Of a DNA stretch of 32,000 bases, positions 1 through 8,591 are shown in pieces. The stretch's first letter is position 1. Every line of letters begins with the position of its first letter. A model generated the notes under the pieces. The model worked only from the letters and a program-made list of their open reading frames with translations. It had not been told where the DNA came from and did not search any database. The position numbers and the translations under genes are program-made. The stretch covers positions 450,001 through 482,000 of the forward strand of contig NZ_CP053627.1 of the NCBI RefSeq assembly GCF_013177435.1, given 5' to 3'. This DNA comes from Xylella taiwanensis (GTDB lineage Bacteria > Pseudomonadota > Gammaproteobacteria > Xanthomonadales > Xanthomonadaceae).

Positions 1-32
1 ATCAGGGACAGTGTTAGAGAAGACCGTAAGGT

Positions 33-58
33 GTAAAGAACGAAGTTTGGTTCTTTAC
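33..58 (+). terminator. Possible stem-loop in the left flank, outside the transposon IR
   Basis: Perfect 9-bp stem GTAAAGAAC / GTTCTTTAC with an 8-nt loop, followed by T-rich TGTTGTCGGTTGTTT. The stem is AT-rich, so this is weak. Confidence 0.3.
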
Positions 59-81
59 TGTTGTCGGTTGTTTACAAAGTT

Positions 82-120
82 GGGGTTTTGAGGCGCAGAG
101 GAACGGTAGATGCACTTCAG
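82..120 (+). repeat. Tn3-family terminal inverted repeat (IR-A, left)
   Basis: GGGGTTTTGAGGCGCAGAGGAACGGTAGATGCACTTCAG matches the reverse complement of 3055-3093 at 35/39 by eye. The match continues 9 bp inward (CCTGCATCT). The GGGG...CAG(T/A)GGAACG...T(A/C)AG layout resembles the Tn3 38-bp IR. Confidence 0.8.
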
Positions 121-687
121 CCTGCATCTGGTGGGTCCGGGCAAGCAGCCGTGATACGGTCGCTGGGTGCACATTGAACAATCGGGCAGCATCCGCTGCC
201 GTTTTCTGTCCAGTGCGGACCAAGTGCACGATTTCCAGTGCTTGAGGAGCTTTGAGCTTGGGGCGACGTCCACCAATACGCCCGTCTTTCCTTGCGGCAT
301 CCAGTCCGTGTTTTGTGCGCTCATGCAGTATGGCGCGCTCACATTCAGCAAACGCCCCTACCATTTGCATCATCATGCGCCCCGCCGGCGGGGTGGTATC
401 GATCGTTTCGGTCAAACTCTGAAATCCCGTGCTGGCGTGCTGGATTTTGTCCATGAGTGTCAGCACATCTTTCAAGGAGCGCGACAGACGATCTAGTTTC
501 CAGACCACCACTACATCACCTTTGTGTAGTTGACCCAACAGCTGGTGTAGTTCGGGCCGTTCCCATCGACCGCTGGAAGCTTTCTCCTGGAAGATGAGTT
601 CGCATCCCGCTGAGGTGAGTGCACCGATCTGAGCGGCGGTGTCTTGATCCTTGGTGGAAACACGGGCGTAGCCGATACGTATGGCGG

Positions 688-966
688 TCAGAGGTATTCT
701 TGCCGGGCATGTACGACGTTGACGACTTCAATGGAGTCGACCACGACACGATAGATCACGATCTAGTTCGGGTGGGCCACGATCTCTCGTGTCCCTGGTA
801 CACGGCCAGGTCGGAACATGTAGGGATGTGCGGAGGCTAGTAACACGGACGCTTCAATGAGTACTTTCATGCGCCGCGCGGTAAGCGGATTTTCGTAAGC
901 GATGAAACGTATCAACGAGGCCAAGTCATCGCGTGCGGATGTACGCCAGTGAAGCGGCAACGTCAT
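688..966 (-). pseudogene. parE: ParE/RelE-family toxin with an in-frame TAG
   Basis: The 67-aa ORF ends ...GRVPGTREIVAHPN, then TAG (763-765). The same frame continues IVIYRVVVDSIEVVNVVHARQEYL to TGA at 688-690. The stop sits where the conserved Tyr of the HPNY motif is expected. Confidence 0.75.
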
Positions 967-1166
967 GTTTGCTTACGATGCTGCTCGGCTTCAGCGATGA
1001 TCGCATCCATCTCAGCCATCACTTGATCGTGTGGAACGCTTGGGCGCGAATCGTCCAGGCTTGCCTGGACCTTGGCGCGGAACCAACGGTCGTAGCTGGC
1101 CGCCTGTTCTTCGGTGGCGAACTCGGAAATGATCGGGTCGAGCGGCGTGGTTTTCATGACAATCAC
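963..1166 (-). CDS. Putative antitoxin partner of the ParE-like toxin
   Basis: Small acidic 64-67 aa ORF (MKTTPLDPIISEFATEEQAASYDRWFRAKV...). Its stop overlaps the parE-like start by 4 bp (963-966). Confidence 0.6.
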   Translation of the reverse strand: MIVMKTTPLDPIISEFATEEQAASYDRWFRAKVQASLDDSRPSVPHDQVMAEMDAIIAEAEQHRKQT

Positions 1167-1273
1167 CTCGAAAATGTAACCGGCTAATTTATTGCAAAAA
1201 CCTGTTGCCTATGGGGCATGCTATCCAATTGCGTTATGCAACGCGCAAGCCCTTTGCCGCCATCCGTCAGCCA

Positions 1274-1303
1274 CCCTTGCATAAACGATCGTTTGTGCAA
1301 GGG
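1274..1303. promoter_or_regulatory. 30-bp near-perfect palindrome between antitoxin and tnpA (candidate res subsite or TA operator)
   Basis: CCCTTGCATAAACGATCGTTTGTGCAAGGG is palindromic except for one symmetric pair. Further TGCAA/TTGCA motifs occur at 1184-1250. Confidence 0.45.
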
Positions 1304-1325
1304 CCATAGACCTAGCGTCCACACC

Positions 1326-2305
1326 ATGCCCGTCTAATGCCTCACCGCTGAGCAACGGGTCGATGACGGCCGGTACGTAACCGGACCCACGGCGATAGAT
1401 CTGGCCCGATATTTTCATCTGGACGATAACGACCGACAGTTTATCGCTGCCAAGCGTGGTGATCACAATCGACTGGGATTTGCTGTGCAGCTGACCAAGG
1501 TACGTTTCCTTGGCCGCTTCCTCGACGACACCACTCAGATTCCGGCCAGTGTGCTGATCGTACTGGCCAGGCAGCTCGCACTCGACGATCCGGCCCAGTG
1601 TATAGCGAACTATCATGATCAACGCCAACGACTACGGCACATCAAAGAAATGCGTACTCGCTACGGCTACGTCGAGATGACCGAGCGCCAAGTCGGATAC
1701 CGTCTGACCCGTTGGCTTTATATGCTGTGCTGGACCGGCACTGACCGACCCAGCGTGCTGTTCGAGCGCGCAACTAGCTGGTTGACTCACGCATAAAGTG
1801 CTGCTCCCAGGTAGCAGTACCCTCGAGCGGTCTATTGCTCGCTTGCGTAACCGGATGGAAAAACGGCTCTGGCGATTACCTCGGTCGAGGTATCAGCCAT
1901 GATCAGCAGCTCAGGCTGGAAAGCATGTGGGTGGTTCCTCCCTGTAGTCCCAGTTCGGAACTGGATCGCCTGCGTACCGGAGCAGTGATGATCAGCAGTC
2001 CATTGCTGGTCCACACCTTGCGACGCCGCCACTCGGTACGCGAGTTGGGTATTCAGCTGCCTGCGGCAGCGCGTATTCCAGCGACCCGAGTCGCTGCTCT
2101 TGCGCGATTCGCGGGTGCTGCAAAGTCAGTGCGATCTTGCGCTTGCTACAAGCGCGCCACGTGGCCACCTTGGCGGCATTGGCATATTGTCTGGAAGTCC
2201 ACGGCGCAAGACGATGCCTTGGAAGTGTTGGAGGCGCTCCTGCGCGAGTTATACGGTGGTGCTATCAAGGGGTCAGCTCATGAAACGGAAAAAATCGTAC
2301 GTTAA
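1326..2305 (+). pseudogene. tnpA: Tn3-family transposase, N-terminal ~330 codons only; nonsense at codon 4 and at least 2 frameshifts
   Basis: ATG CCC GTC TAA then CLTAEQRVDDGRYVTGPTAIDLARYFHLDDNDRQFIAAKRGDHNRLGFAVQLTKVRFLG (DUF4158-type N-terminus). The frame changes near 1796 (HKVLLPGSSTLERSIARLRNRMEKRLWRL) and near 1890 (QQLRLESMWVVPP.SPSSELDRLRTG...AQDDALEVLEALLRELY). It ends abruptly next to IR-B. Confidence 0.8.
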
Positions 2306-2316
2306 GCCTGTGGAGA

Positions 2317-2348
2317 TGACGGAAATTTCGGCGGTTCCCGCTTAACAA
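2317..2348 (-). repeat. Candidate Tn3-family transposon end (IR-B, copy 1)
   Basis: TGACGGAAATTTCGGCGGTTCCCGCTTAACAA. Its reverse complement matches 10918-10949 (22 contiguous identical bases GGAACCGCCGAAATTTCCGTCA plus partial outer matches). It lies directly after a truncated tnpA frame, as the other copy does. Confidence 0.55.
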
Positions 2349-2349
2349 T

Positions 2350-2636
2350 GAGGCTGAAGTCGGTTCACTGTTCCACTGCTCCCCGAACCCCCACTGGAGA
2401 AGGTGCAGCGGGGTGAGCAGCCTGCAGACTTCAAGTCTATGCCTTCAATTGGCAATGGCGTTGAAGAGTGGCGAGTGTGGGACGACTCTGGCACTTATCG
2501 TGTTGTCTACACCGCAAGATTGGCCAATGCCGTTTATGTCTTACATGTTTTTCATAAAGAAGACACAAGTCACAAGCAAGCGCGACGTGAAGCTTGCCAA
2601 GAAGCGATACACCAAACTTATGAGAGGTGCCAAATG
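2350..2636 (+). pseudogene. RelE/HigB (Gp49-like) toxin remnant, shortened at the N-terminus and frameshifted
   Basis: VQRGEQPADFKSMPSIGNGVEEWRVWDDSGTYRVVYTARLANAVYVLHVFHK is typical of the family. The native tail KKTQVTSKRDVKLAKKRYTKLMRGAK* lies in another frame (shift near 2558). The ATG at 2349-2351 opens a third frame (MRLKSVH...). Confidence 0.65.
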
Positions 2637-2915
2637 AGCGAGATTGAAACGTTCAACAGCGTATGGGATGCATTGGCAGACACACCGGAACAAGCGGCGA
2701 ACCTTCGTGCCAGGGCTGAACTCATGCGGCAAATCGCAGCTGTCATTGAGGCAAACGACTGGAAGCAATCGCAAGCTGCAACGCATTGCGGTGTTACCCA
2801 ACCACACATCAACGACTTACTGCGCGGTCGCATCTCGCGGTTTTCATTGGATGCCTTGGTGAACATCGCCACAGCCATCGGACGGCGTGTTCACGTGAAA
2901 TTGGAAGCTGCATAA
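2634..2915 (+). CDS. higA: XRE-family HTH antitoxin (HigA-like)
   Basis: MSEIETFNSVWDALADTPEQAANLRARAELMRQIAAVIEANDWKQSQAATHCGVTQPHINDLLRGRISRFSLDALVNIA. The ATG overlaps the native toxin stop (AAATGAGC). The ORF track shows it fused to the toxin only because of the toxin frameshift. Confidence 0.8.
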   Translation: MSEIETFNSVWDALADTPEQAANLRARAELMRQIAAVIEANDWKQSQAATHCGVTQPHINDLLRGRISRFSLDALVNIATAIGRRVHVKLEAA

Positions 2916-2926
2916 CCGCATAGAAG

Positions 2927-2950
2927 AAAGGCCCGGAAGGGCCTTTATTG
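2927..2950 (+). terminator. Rho-independent terminator after the antitoxin
   Basis: AAAGGCCC-GGAA-GGGCCTTT hairpin followed by ATTG. Confidence 0.7.
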
Positions 2951-3054
2951 CGCTGTTGATTACTCACTGTTCGGCGGTCACTTCCCATCGCAGAGCGTCG
3001 ATTTCTTTCCGCACCAGCACAAATTTGCCTTCGGCGGCGACGCCGAGATGCAGG

Positions 3055-3093
3055 CTTAAGTGCATCTACCGTTCCACTGCGCCTCAACCCCCC
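3055..3093 (-). repeat. Tn3-family terminal inverted repeat (IR-A, right)
   Basis: The reverse complement reads GGGGGGTTGAGGCGCAGTGGAACGGTAGATGCACTTAAG. It pairs with 82-120. Confidence 0.8.
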
Positions 3094-3184
3094 TTTCCCC
3101 AAGAAAGTGTTGTTTTCCGTATCAGTGAAAACGACGAAAATGTTCCATTGATTATTTTCGCTTCTCGAACGCCTTAGTTATTTC

Positions 3185-4542
3185 CTACCTCATGCGAACC
3201 CGACGCGGTTGACGTTCCTGCTGCTGCGTCTGTTGCTGGGCACGTGTTTGATGCTTCTCGATAGCCTTGCCAACAGCCGCACCCCCCTGACGTTCAACAC
3301 CTTCGATGCCAAGTGAGCTTTTGGTGGCAAGATCGTTGCAGTCGGTGAAGCCTTTCGGATTGTCAGTTTGCTCAGGCAACGACTTCGAGATTGCCAGAAT
3401 CAAATGCGGCGACTGTTCCATAACCCAAGGCCTGCGATAGCCCTCGCCGATGACGATCACGGGTGCTGCTGCAATAGCATCAAGGCCACCTATTGGATGA
3501 AAGCAACCCTCCTTGCGACTCCGCTTCGCAAACTGCTTAGTATCGTCCTCTTGGATGTATGGCATCGTCCATTGCTTACCATCCGAATCGATGCCCGGAG
3601 TGTAAGTTTTCTGGCCATCGCGGTCAGTGTACACACCCGTCTGTGGCGTGATGCCTTTAGCTTTGAGGTAGGGCGTCGGCACGATAACAGGCACAAGGTC
3701 GGCCATTTGCTTGACGACACGTTGCGCGGCACCTTACCAGTACGGTTGTTCTTGATATAGCCGGCCGGGTGCCCCTCAAGGTAAGCGACATAAAAACCAG
3801 CCTTCTCACCCTTCCTGTCTCCTTCGACCTCAATACGGTGCTTCTTAGCGTCCATGATGGGATGATCACCTCTCACGAGGCATCCCATGCTTCGTAACGT
3901 CTCCGCAAATTCTTCCTCCGGGGAAAGCGCCGGACGTTGCCGACTTGAGACTTCCGTGGCAATCCACGGCTTCAACTTGTCCAGATCAGCCCCAGGATTT
4001 GCGTACCAACATTTTGCCGCCTTATCCCAATCAACCGCATTTTCACCGTTCGGAAGCTTTCCAGCGATTTCCTTGACCGCATCTCGTTGCTCGAAAACAA
4101 CCGCAAGCCAAGTCTTTTTAATTGCCAGATTCGTTGCCTTCGCTTCATGACTAGGTAACCATTGCTTGATCTTGTCGAGGTCAGCGCCCAACCTTGCATA
4201 CCACCGCTTCTCTTGCTTGTCCCAATCAATAGCGCACTTTCCATCAGCTAGATTGCCTGCGGCGTGTTTCGCGGCTTCCTTCTGCTTGTACGGCAAATCG
4301 AGCCATACTTTTTCCGGTGTAATGTTGCCAGGCACGAGTTGCACCGACACGGCTTCTTGGGCTCGTATGGCGGTAGTGTACTCAGACGTTTTGCGCACCT
4401 CTTTTTTAGCGGCTAAAACATCCTTGTCGATGCTGTTTGTGTTCAGCACGCCTTGTTCTTGCTGCATCATCACTTCCTGATTCTGAGCAGTAGAACACTC
4501 GGCCCTGAGACTCGAAAAAGCAATCAACGCGTTGGCATTCAC
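3185..4542 (-). pseudogene. Plasmid/conjugative DNA primase (TraC-like: two DUF5710-like N-terminal repeats, then a Toprim region), frameshifted with internal deletions
   Basis: Repeats ...AAKHAAGNLADGKCAIDWDKQEKRWYARLGADLDKIKQWLP / ...AGKLPNGENAVDWDKAAKCWYANPGADLDKLKPWI, then GFYVAYLEGHPAGYIKNNRTG. Frameshift near 3715. Relative to the paralogue at 21638-22251 it lacks about 130 bp and about 19 bp in the Toprim part (GEGY...EQTDNPK). Confidence 0.75.
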
Positions 4543-5125
4543 CGCACGTGTCGAGACGATTAATACGATGGACGCCTATCTTGGTTCTCTGCCGGGGCAT
4601 GGTGTCGAGAATGTGCGTTGCCCGCTGCTGAATACAATGAATTTGGCCGATCTGCTACCGACCAGCACATTTGGACAGGTGAGAATCGCCCGCCATCGTC
4701 GCTTTTCCCTCCGAACGCTCCGCCCCTACTGCATGGTGTCACGAGCGGGAATTCTCACATGCGTATCAATTTGCATGTGTGTGATCTCGGCCACGCCATC
4801 ATTTTCGGGCCAACCTGAACGGGCAAATCGACCAAGCTGGGCTTGGTGGCATTCCAGTGGCGTCGTTACCTAGGGGCGCGCATCTACGCCTTCGACAAGG
4901 GCCTGTCGATGTACCCGACATGTAAAGCCGGGCGTGGTCGGTACTTCAGCATCGCATCAAATGCCGACGAGCTGGCCTTCGCGCCGTTGTCGCGACTTGA
5001 TACTCGCACGTATCGTGCATGGGCAATGGAATGGATTGACACGATCCTTGCTTTGAATGGCGCGATGACAACTCCTGCGCAGCGTAACGTGATTGCCGAG
5101 GCAATTCTGAGCATGCATGAGAGCA
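4532..5125 (+). pseudogene. trbE: VirB4/TrbE ATPase internal fragment; frameshift and TGA inside Walker A
   Basis: ...MDAYLGSLPGHGVENVRCPLLNTMNLADLLP, frameshift near 4675, then WTGENRPP..FPPNAPPLLHGVTSGNSHMRINLHVCDLGHAIIFGPT-TGA-TGKSTKLGLVAF..RRYLGARIYAFDKG. The N-terminal ~400 codons and the C-terminal half are missing. Confidence 0.75.
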
Positions 5126-5129
5126 AATC

Positions 5130-5327
5130 GTGCTCAAAGACACTTGGCAAATCGATTGGCAAGAGACCGTGCGTGCGCGTGATGGCTCACTCAAGGAAGC
5201 GCCGTACATGATGCGTGTGCTCGTGACGATCTACCAAAACAAGGATACGGAAATGAAGTTGGAGCAGATGTTCAGCAACCCACATTTCGTTTTCGTCAAA
5301 GACTACAACTGGTCGAAGCAACTTTAA
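5130..5327 (+). pseudogene. trbF: VirB8/TrbF C-terminal remnant
   Basis: Only about 65 codons (..WQIDWQETVRARDGSLKEAPYMMRVLVTIYQ....FSNPHFVFVKDYNWSKQL*). It abuts the trbE fragment and lies immediately upstream of trbG. The assignment rests on position and the C-terminal motif. Confidence 0.45.
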
Positions 5328-5342
5328 GCCTGGGGCCTTGCT

Positions 5343-6233
5343 ATGAAAAAGACTCTTATTTCTGCTCTGATTCTCGGCTTGGTGCCGATGGCTGTAATCG
5401 CAGCCCCCGGCACTGACCCACTGGCTGATCAGTATTTTTCTAAAAATGAGCCGAAGTTGACACCGCAAGAAAAGGCGGTTGTTGCTATCGGTAAAAAATG
5501 GCAGGAAGGTCAGGACGTGCAATCGTTCCAAGGTTCTGATGGTTCGATTAACTGGCCGTACCTATCGGGTAAGCAATATCCGATCATGTGTGCTGTGCTG
5601 CAAGTCTGCGACATTGCTTTACAGTCTGGCGAAAACGTCAACCGCATGAACGTTGGTGATCCGCGCTATACAGTCGAGCCAGCTGTCACCGGCTCAGGTG
5701 CATCACAAGTACTGCATCTCATCTTGAAGCCGCTCGATGTGGGCCTCGATACGACGCTCGTACTAACCACGGATCGGCGCACGTATCATTTCCGACTGCG
5801 TTCGAGCCGCACGCAGCTCATGCCGTTTGTATCGTTCACGTACCCCGAGGACGCAATGGCAAAGTGGGACGCAATTAAAGCTCGCGAAACGAAGGTACGT
5901 CAGGACAATACCATTCCGCAGACCGGCGAATACCTGGGGAACCTCAACTTCGATGACACGCTGACTGGTTCGGCTCGTTGGAAGCCGGTTCGCGGTTACA
6001 ACGATGGTCGCAAGACCATCATCGAAATGCCGTCCAAGATGCAACAAAGCGAAGCGCCGGCGCTGCTCGTTGTGCGTAAGGACGGAGGGCTGTTCACAGA
6101 TGCGGAAACGCAGATGGTGAACTACCGTGTTCAAGACAACCGCTACATCGTAGACACGATCTTTGACAAGGCGATCCTCGTATCCGGCGTCGGTTCGAGC
6201 CAAGCCAAGGTGACGATCACGAGGGAGAACTAA
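5343..6233 (+). CDS. trbG: VirB9/TrbG T4SS outer-membrane core protein
   Basis: Signal peptide (MKKTLISALILGLVPMAVIAAPG). Family-typical blocks include TTLVLTTDRRTYHFRLRS, WKPVRGYNDGRKTIIEMP and NYRVQDNRYIVDTIFDKAILVSG. Confidence 0.85.
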   Translation: MKKTLISALILGLVPMAVIAAPGTDPLADQYFSKNEPKLTPQEKAVVAIGKKWQEGQDVQSFQGSDGSINWPYLSGKQYPIMCAVLQVCDIALQSGENVNRMNVGDPRYTVEPAVTGSGASQVLHLILKPLDVGLDTTLVLTTDRRTYHFRLRSSRTQLMPFVSFTYPEDAMAKWDAIKARETKVRQDNTIPQTGEYLGNLNFDDTLTGSARWKPVRGYNDGRKTIIEMPSKMQQSEAPALLVVRKDGGLFTDAETQMVNYRVQDNRYIVDTIFDKAILVSGVGSSQAKVTITREN

Positions 6234-6235
6234 CC

Positions 6236-6670
6236 ATGCGCAAGTTCATGATGAGCGCGGTCGTCATGGCCGTAATGGTAGGCATCGCCGGCTGTGCAAC
6301 ACAAGGTCCGTATGGCAACTATGCGGCGGCTTCGCTTGATGCCAATAAGATGATGGCCGATGCAACGGTGGCGCAGCTTGTGTCGCTGTATCCACCAGCG
6401 CATACGCAGTTCAACTTTCAACAGCCGACTACGGTGCGGCCCTGCTGACCTCCCTGCGTGGCAAGGGCTATTCCGTCTTGGAGTACAGCCCGCAGCCGCA
6501 GGTTGCTCCTGCCAAATTTGCGGCGACCGCAGCGACTGCTAATGGACTCGCCACAGCCACCTCAGAGTCAGGCTTCCCCCTTAGTGACGTGGTTGATTCC
6601 CCTGAGTCAATGAGTCTGTACCGCATCACGGTTCATGTTGGTGTGCAGTCGATCAGTCGGGCATTCGTGA
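6236..6670 (+). pseudogene. trbH: TrbH-like lipoprotein (VirB7 position), frameshifted
   Basis: Lipobox MVGIAGC. YPPAHTQFNFQQP continues in another frame as DYGAALLTSLRGKGYSVLEY...LYRITVHVGVQSISRAF. The shift is near 6425. Confidence 0.55.
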
Positions 6671-7525
6671 TCGCGCGAGGAAATACTTGCCCAGATTGCG
6701 AACGTGCGCCGGCAAATGGACGCAAACGCAGCAAGCGGGGATCCGACAAGTTCCTATCAAGCACAGTTGGCCAGGATTCGCGCGGACCTCGGTGGTGGCG
6801 ACTCGGACAGTAGCCCGCAACTCTTGCAGGTCTCAGCATCGTCCAGCAGTAAGGATGTGTCACAGTTTGCGAACAATGGGCAGGGCGATCGGTGGAAGTT
6901 CGACCAAGAGATACAAGCCCCGCGTTCTAACTTCGAGATTCGTGCCGGCGGCGTCATTCCCGGCGTAATGATTAGCGGCGTGAACTCTGATTTGCCTGGA
7001 CAAATCATGGGCCAAGTGGCCCAGGACGTGTATGACACGGCAACGGGAAAATATCTGCTCATTCCGCAAGGCACGCGCCTAGTCGGCACGTACAACAGTA
7101 ACGTCGCATATGGGCAAGGTGCGATCCTCATTGCATGGCAACGTCTCGTGTTTCCCGATGGTAAGGCACTGGACATTAGTGCGATGCCCGGTGCCGACAA
7201 TGCTGGCTACGCTGGTTTCCGCGATCAGGTTAACAATCATTACGCACGCATCTTCGGGTCTGCACTGCTCATGTCAGGCGTGACGGCCGCTGCGTCGTAT
7301 GCGACGGACCGAAACAGAAACAACAGTGGCGTCTACAGCCAGCCAACCGCTAGTAGTGAGTTGAGCCAGGCACTCGGTCAGCCGCTCGGCAACGTGACGG
7401 CACAGATGATCTCAAAGAATCTGAACATCGCTCCGACTCTCGCAATTCGCCCAGGCTATCGCTTCAACATCATCATTGTGAAGGACCTCAATTTCACGAA
7501 GCCGTACAAGTCCTTTGATTACTGA
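6671..7525 (+). pseudogene. trbI: VirB10/TrbI, C-terminal ~280 codons only (N-terminal TM and Pro-rich part deleted)
   Basis: IRAGGVIPGVMISGVNSDLPGQIMGQVAQDVYD, LIPQGTRLVGTYNS, VFPDGKALDI..MPGADNAGYAGFRDQVNNHY, RPGYRFNIIIVKDL. The open frame starts right after a TGA at 6668 and the only start is GTG 6704. Full-length members are much longer. Confidence 0.75.
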
Positions 7526-7537
7526 CGCCAAGGAGAC

Positions 7538-8317
7538 ATGACCATGAAAACGTTCTTGAAAAACGTGTTAACTATCAAAGTCGCTGGTCTAGCGGTCGTT
7601 CTGCTCGCGGGTATCTCGCCGCCGATACAAGCCAGTATGCCGGTTATCGACAGTAGTAATCTGGCGCAAAATATCGTCAGCGCCGTGCAACAAGTTGCGG
7701 CTGTCGAGAAGCAAATTCAGCAGTACCAGACGCAGTTACAACAGTATCAAAACATGCTGCAAAACACCGTTGCACCGGCCACTTACATTTGGGATCAAGC
7801 GAGCCAGGTGATGAACAAGCTTATGGCGGCGCAAGACACCTTGAGCTACTACAAAAAACAGGTGGGCGGCATTGATTCGTATCTGTCGCGTTATCAGGAC
7901 GTGGGTTATTACCGCACTTTGCCGTGCTTCACGGCTGCGGGTTGCCCGTCGTCGCAGTTGCAAGTCATACAGGACGCGCAGGCTAACAACGCGGAAGCCG
8001 TGAAACGCGCGAACGATGCCTTGCTAAAAAGCCTCGATCAGCAGCAACAGACGCTCACGAGCGATGCCGCGACGCTCCAAAAACTGCAATCCCAGGCAAT
8101 GAGCGCGCAAGGGCAAATGCAGGCGTTACAGGCAGGTCATCAACTAGCCAGCGTCCAAATCAACCAGCTCTTGCAAATCAGGGGCATGTTGGCCGCACAG
8201 GCCACAGCAGCCGCCACGAGCGCATCCAATGATGCAGATAAAGCAGCACTGACAGCCGCTGCTGCTGAGGCATTCCGTTCGGGCAGCTTCACTAAAAGTG
8301 TGGTTCGAAAATGGTAA
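7538..8317 (+). CDS. trbJ: TrbJ/VirB5-like T4SS protein
   Basis: Signal peptide, then PVIDSSNLAQNIVSAVQQVAAVEKQIQQYQTQLQQYQNMLQNT (coiled, Q-rich TrbJ-type N-terminus). AAGGAG RBS at 7529-7534; the alternative start is 7544. Confidence 0.75.
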   Translation: MTMKTFLKNVLTIKVAGLAVVLLAGISPPIQASMPVIDSSNLAQNIVSAVQQVAAVEKQIQQYQTQLQQYQNMLQNTVAPATYIWDQASQVMNKLMAAQDTLSYYKKQVGGIDSYLSRYQDVGYYRTLPCFTAAGCPSSQLQVIQDAQANNAEAVKRANDALLKSLDQQQQTLTSDAATLQKLQSQAMSAQGQMQALQAGHQLASVQINQLLQIRGMLAAQATAAATSASNDADKAALTAAAAEAFRSGSFTKSVVRKW

Positions 8318-8338
8318 CTCCAGGGGGATATTCATGAA
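8288..8338 (+). repeat. Direct repeat 1 flanking the eex-like gene
   Basis: TTCACTAAAAGTGTGGTTCGAAAATGGTAACTCCAGGGGGATATTCATGAA is about 46/51 identical to 8541-8591. It covers the last codons of trbJ, an RBS, and the ATG of the next gene. Confidence 0.8.
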
Positions 8339-8570
8339 ACGAGTTATAGCGATTGGCTGTGTATATTTAGGCTGCCTCCTGCTTGCCTCCTGCGGCAAGC
8401 CAGTGCATTCCGTCGATTACTACATGCAACACGAGGATGAGCGAAATGCCATGCTCGAAAAGTGCAAGACCGACCCAGACCTCGTAACGCGAGATGGGAA
8501 CTGCCGCAGCGCCGCCGATGCGCAGCTGAGGTCGGGTAATTTCACTAAAAGCCCGATTCGAAAATGGTAA
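8334..8570 (+). CDS. Small lipoprotein in the entry-exclusion position (TrbK/Eex-like)
   Basis: Lipobox LLLASCGKP, 78 aa, located between trbJ and trbL as RP4 trbK and pKM101 eex are. DYYMQHEDERNAMLEKCKTDP...NC motif. Confidence 0.6.
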   Translation: MKRVIAIGCVYLGCLLLASCGKPVHSVDYYMQHEDERNAMLEKCKTDPDLVTRDGNCRSAADAQLRSGNFTKSPIRKW

Positions 8571-8591
8571 CTTCAGGGGGATATTCATGAA
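8541..8591 (+). repeat. Direct repeat 2 flanking the eex-like gene
   Basis: TTCACTAAAAGCCCGATTCGAAAATGGTAACTTCAGGGGGATATTCATGAA. See 8288-8338. Confidence 0.8.

Larger units (their letters stand above)
14..691 (-). pseudogene. tnpR: Serine recombinase/resolvase (TnpR) with no canonical start codon; its 3' end reads through IR-A
   Basis: Upstream of the listed Met (538) the same frame reads L-T-A-I-R-I-G-Y-A-R-V-S-T-K-D-Q-D (catalytic-Ser motif), then VVVWKLDRLSRS and a C-terminal HTH (ATVSRLLAR). The only start candidates are CTG 689-691 or ATA 680-682, where MRIGYARVST would be expected. The ORF tail (QMQAEVHLPF...) is translated IR-A sequence. Confidence 0.7.
82..3093. mobile_element. Decayed Tn3-family transposon (element A) bounded by inverted repeats; carries tnpR, parDE-like, tnpA pseudogene, higBA-like
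   Basis: Terminal IRs at 82-120 and 3055-3093 with outer GGGG ends facing outward. Interior holds resolvase and DUF4158-type Tn3 transposase reading frames. No matching 5-bp target duplication is seen (AAGTT vs TTTCC). Confidence 0.75.

Noticed and set aside
1221-1628. 135-aa minus-strand ORF in element A
   Set aside because: It is antisense to the tnpA N-terminal region, whose plus-strand translation matches the conserved DUF4158-type motif RGDHNRLGFAVQL..VRFLG.
2403-2915. 170-aa fused toxin-antitoxin ORF as a genuine single-chain TA protein
   Set aside because: The fusion is created by a frameshift in the toxin's C-terminal codons. The native toxin tail and its ATGA-overlapped antitoxin start are both still visible in the sequence.
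688-4830. In-frame stops (TAG in parE at 763-765, TAA at tnpA codon 4 at 1335-1337, TGA in the trbE Walker A near 4811) as programmed readthrough, recoding or an altered genetic code
   Set aside because: All three stop codons are involved. The same genes also carry frameshifts and deletions, and neighbouring intact genes terminate normally on the same codons. Ordinary pseudogene decay is the simpler explanation.
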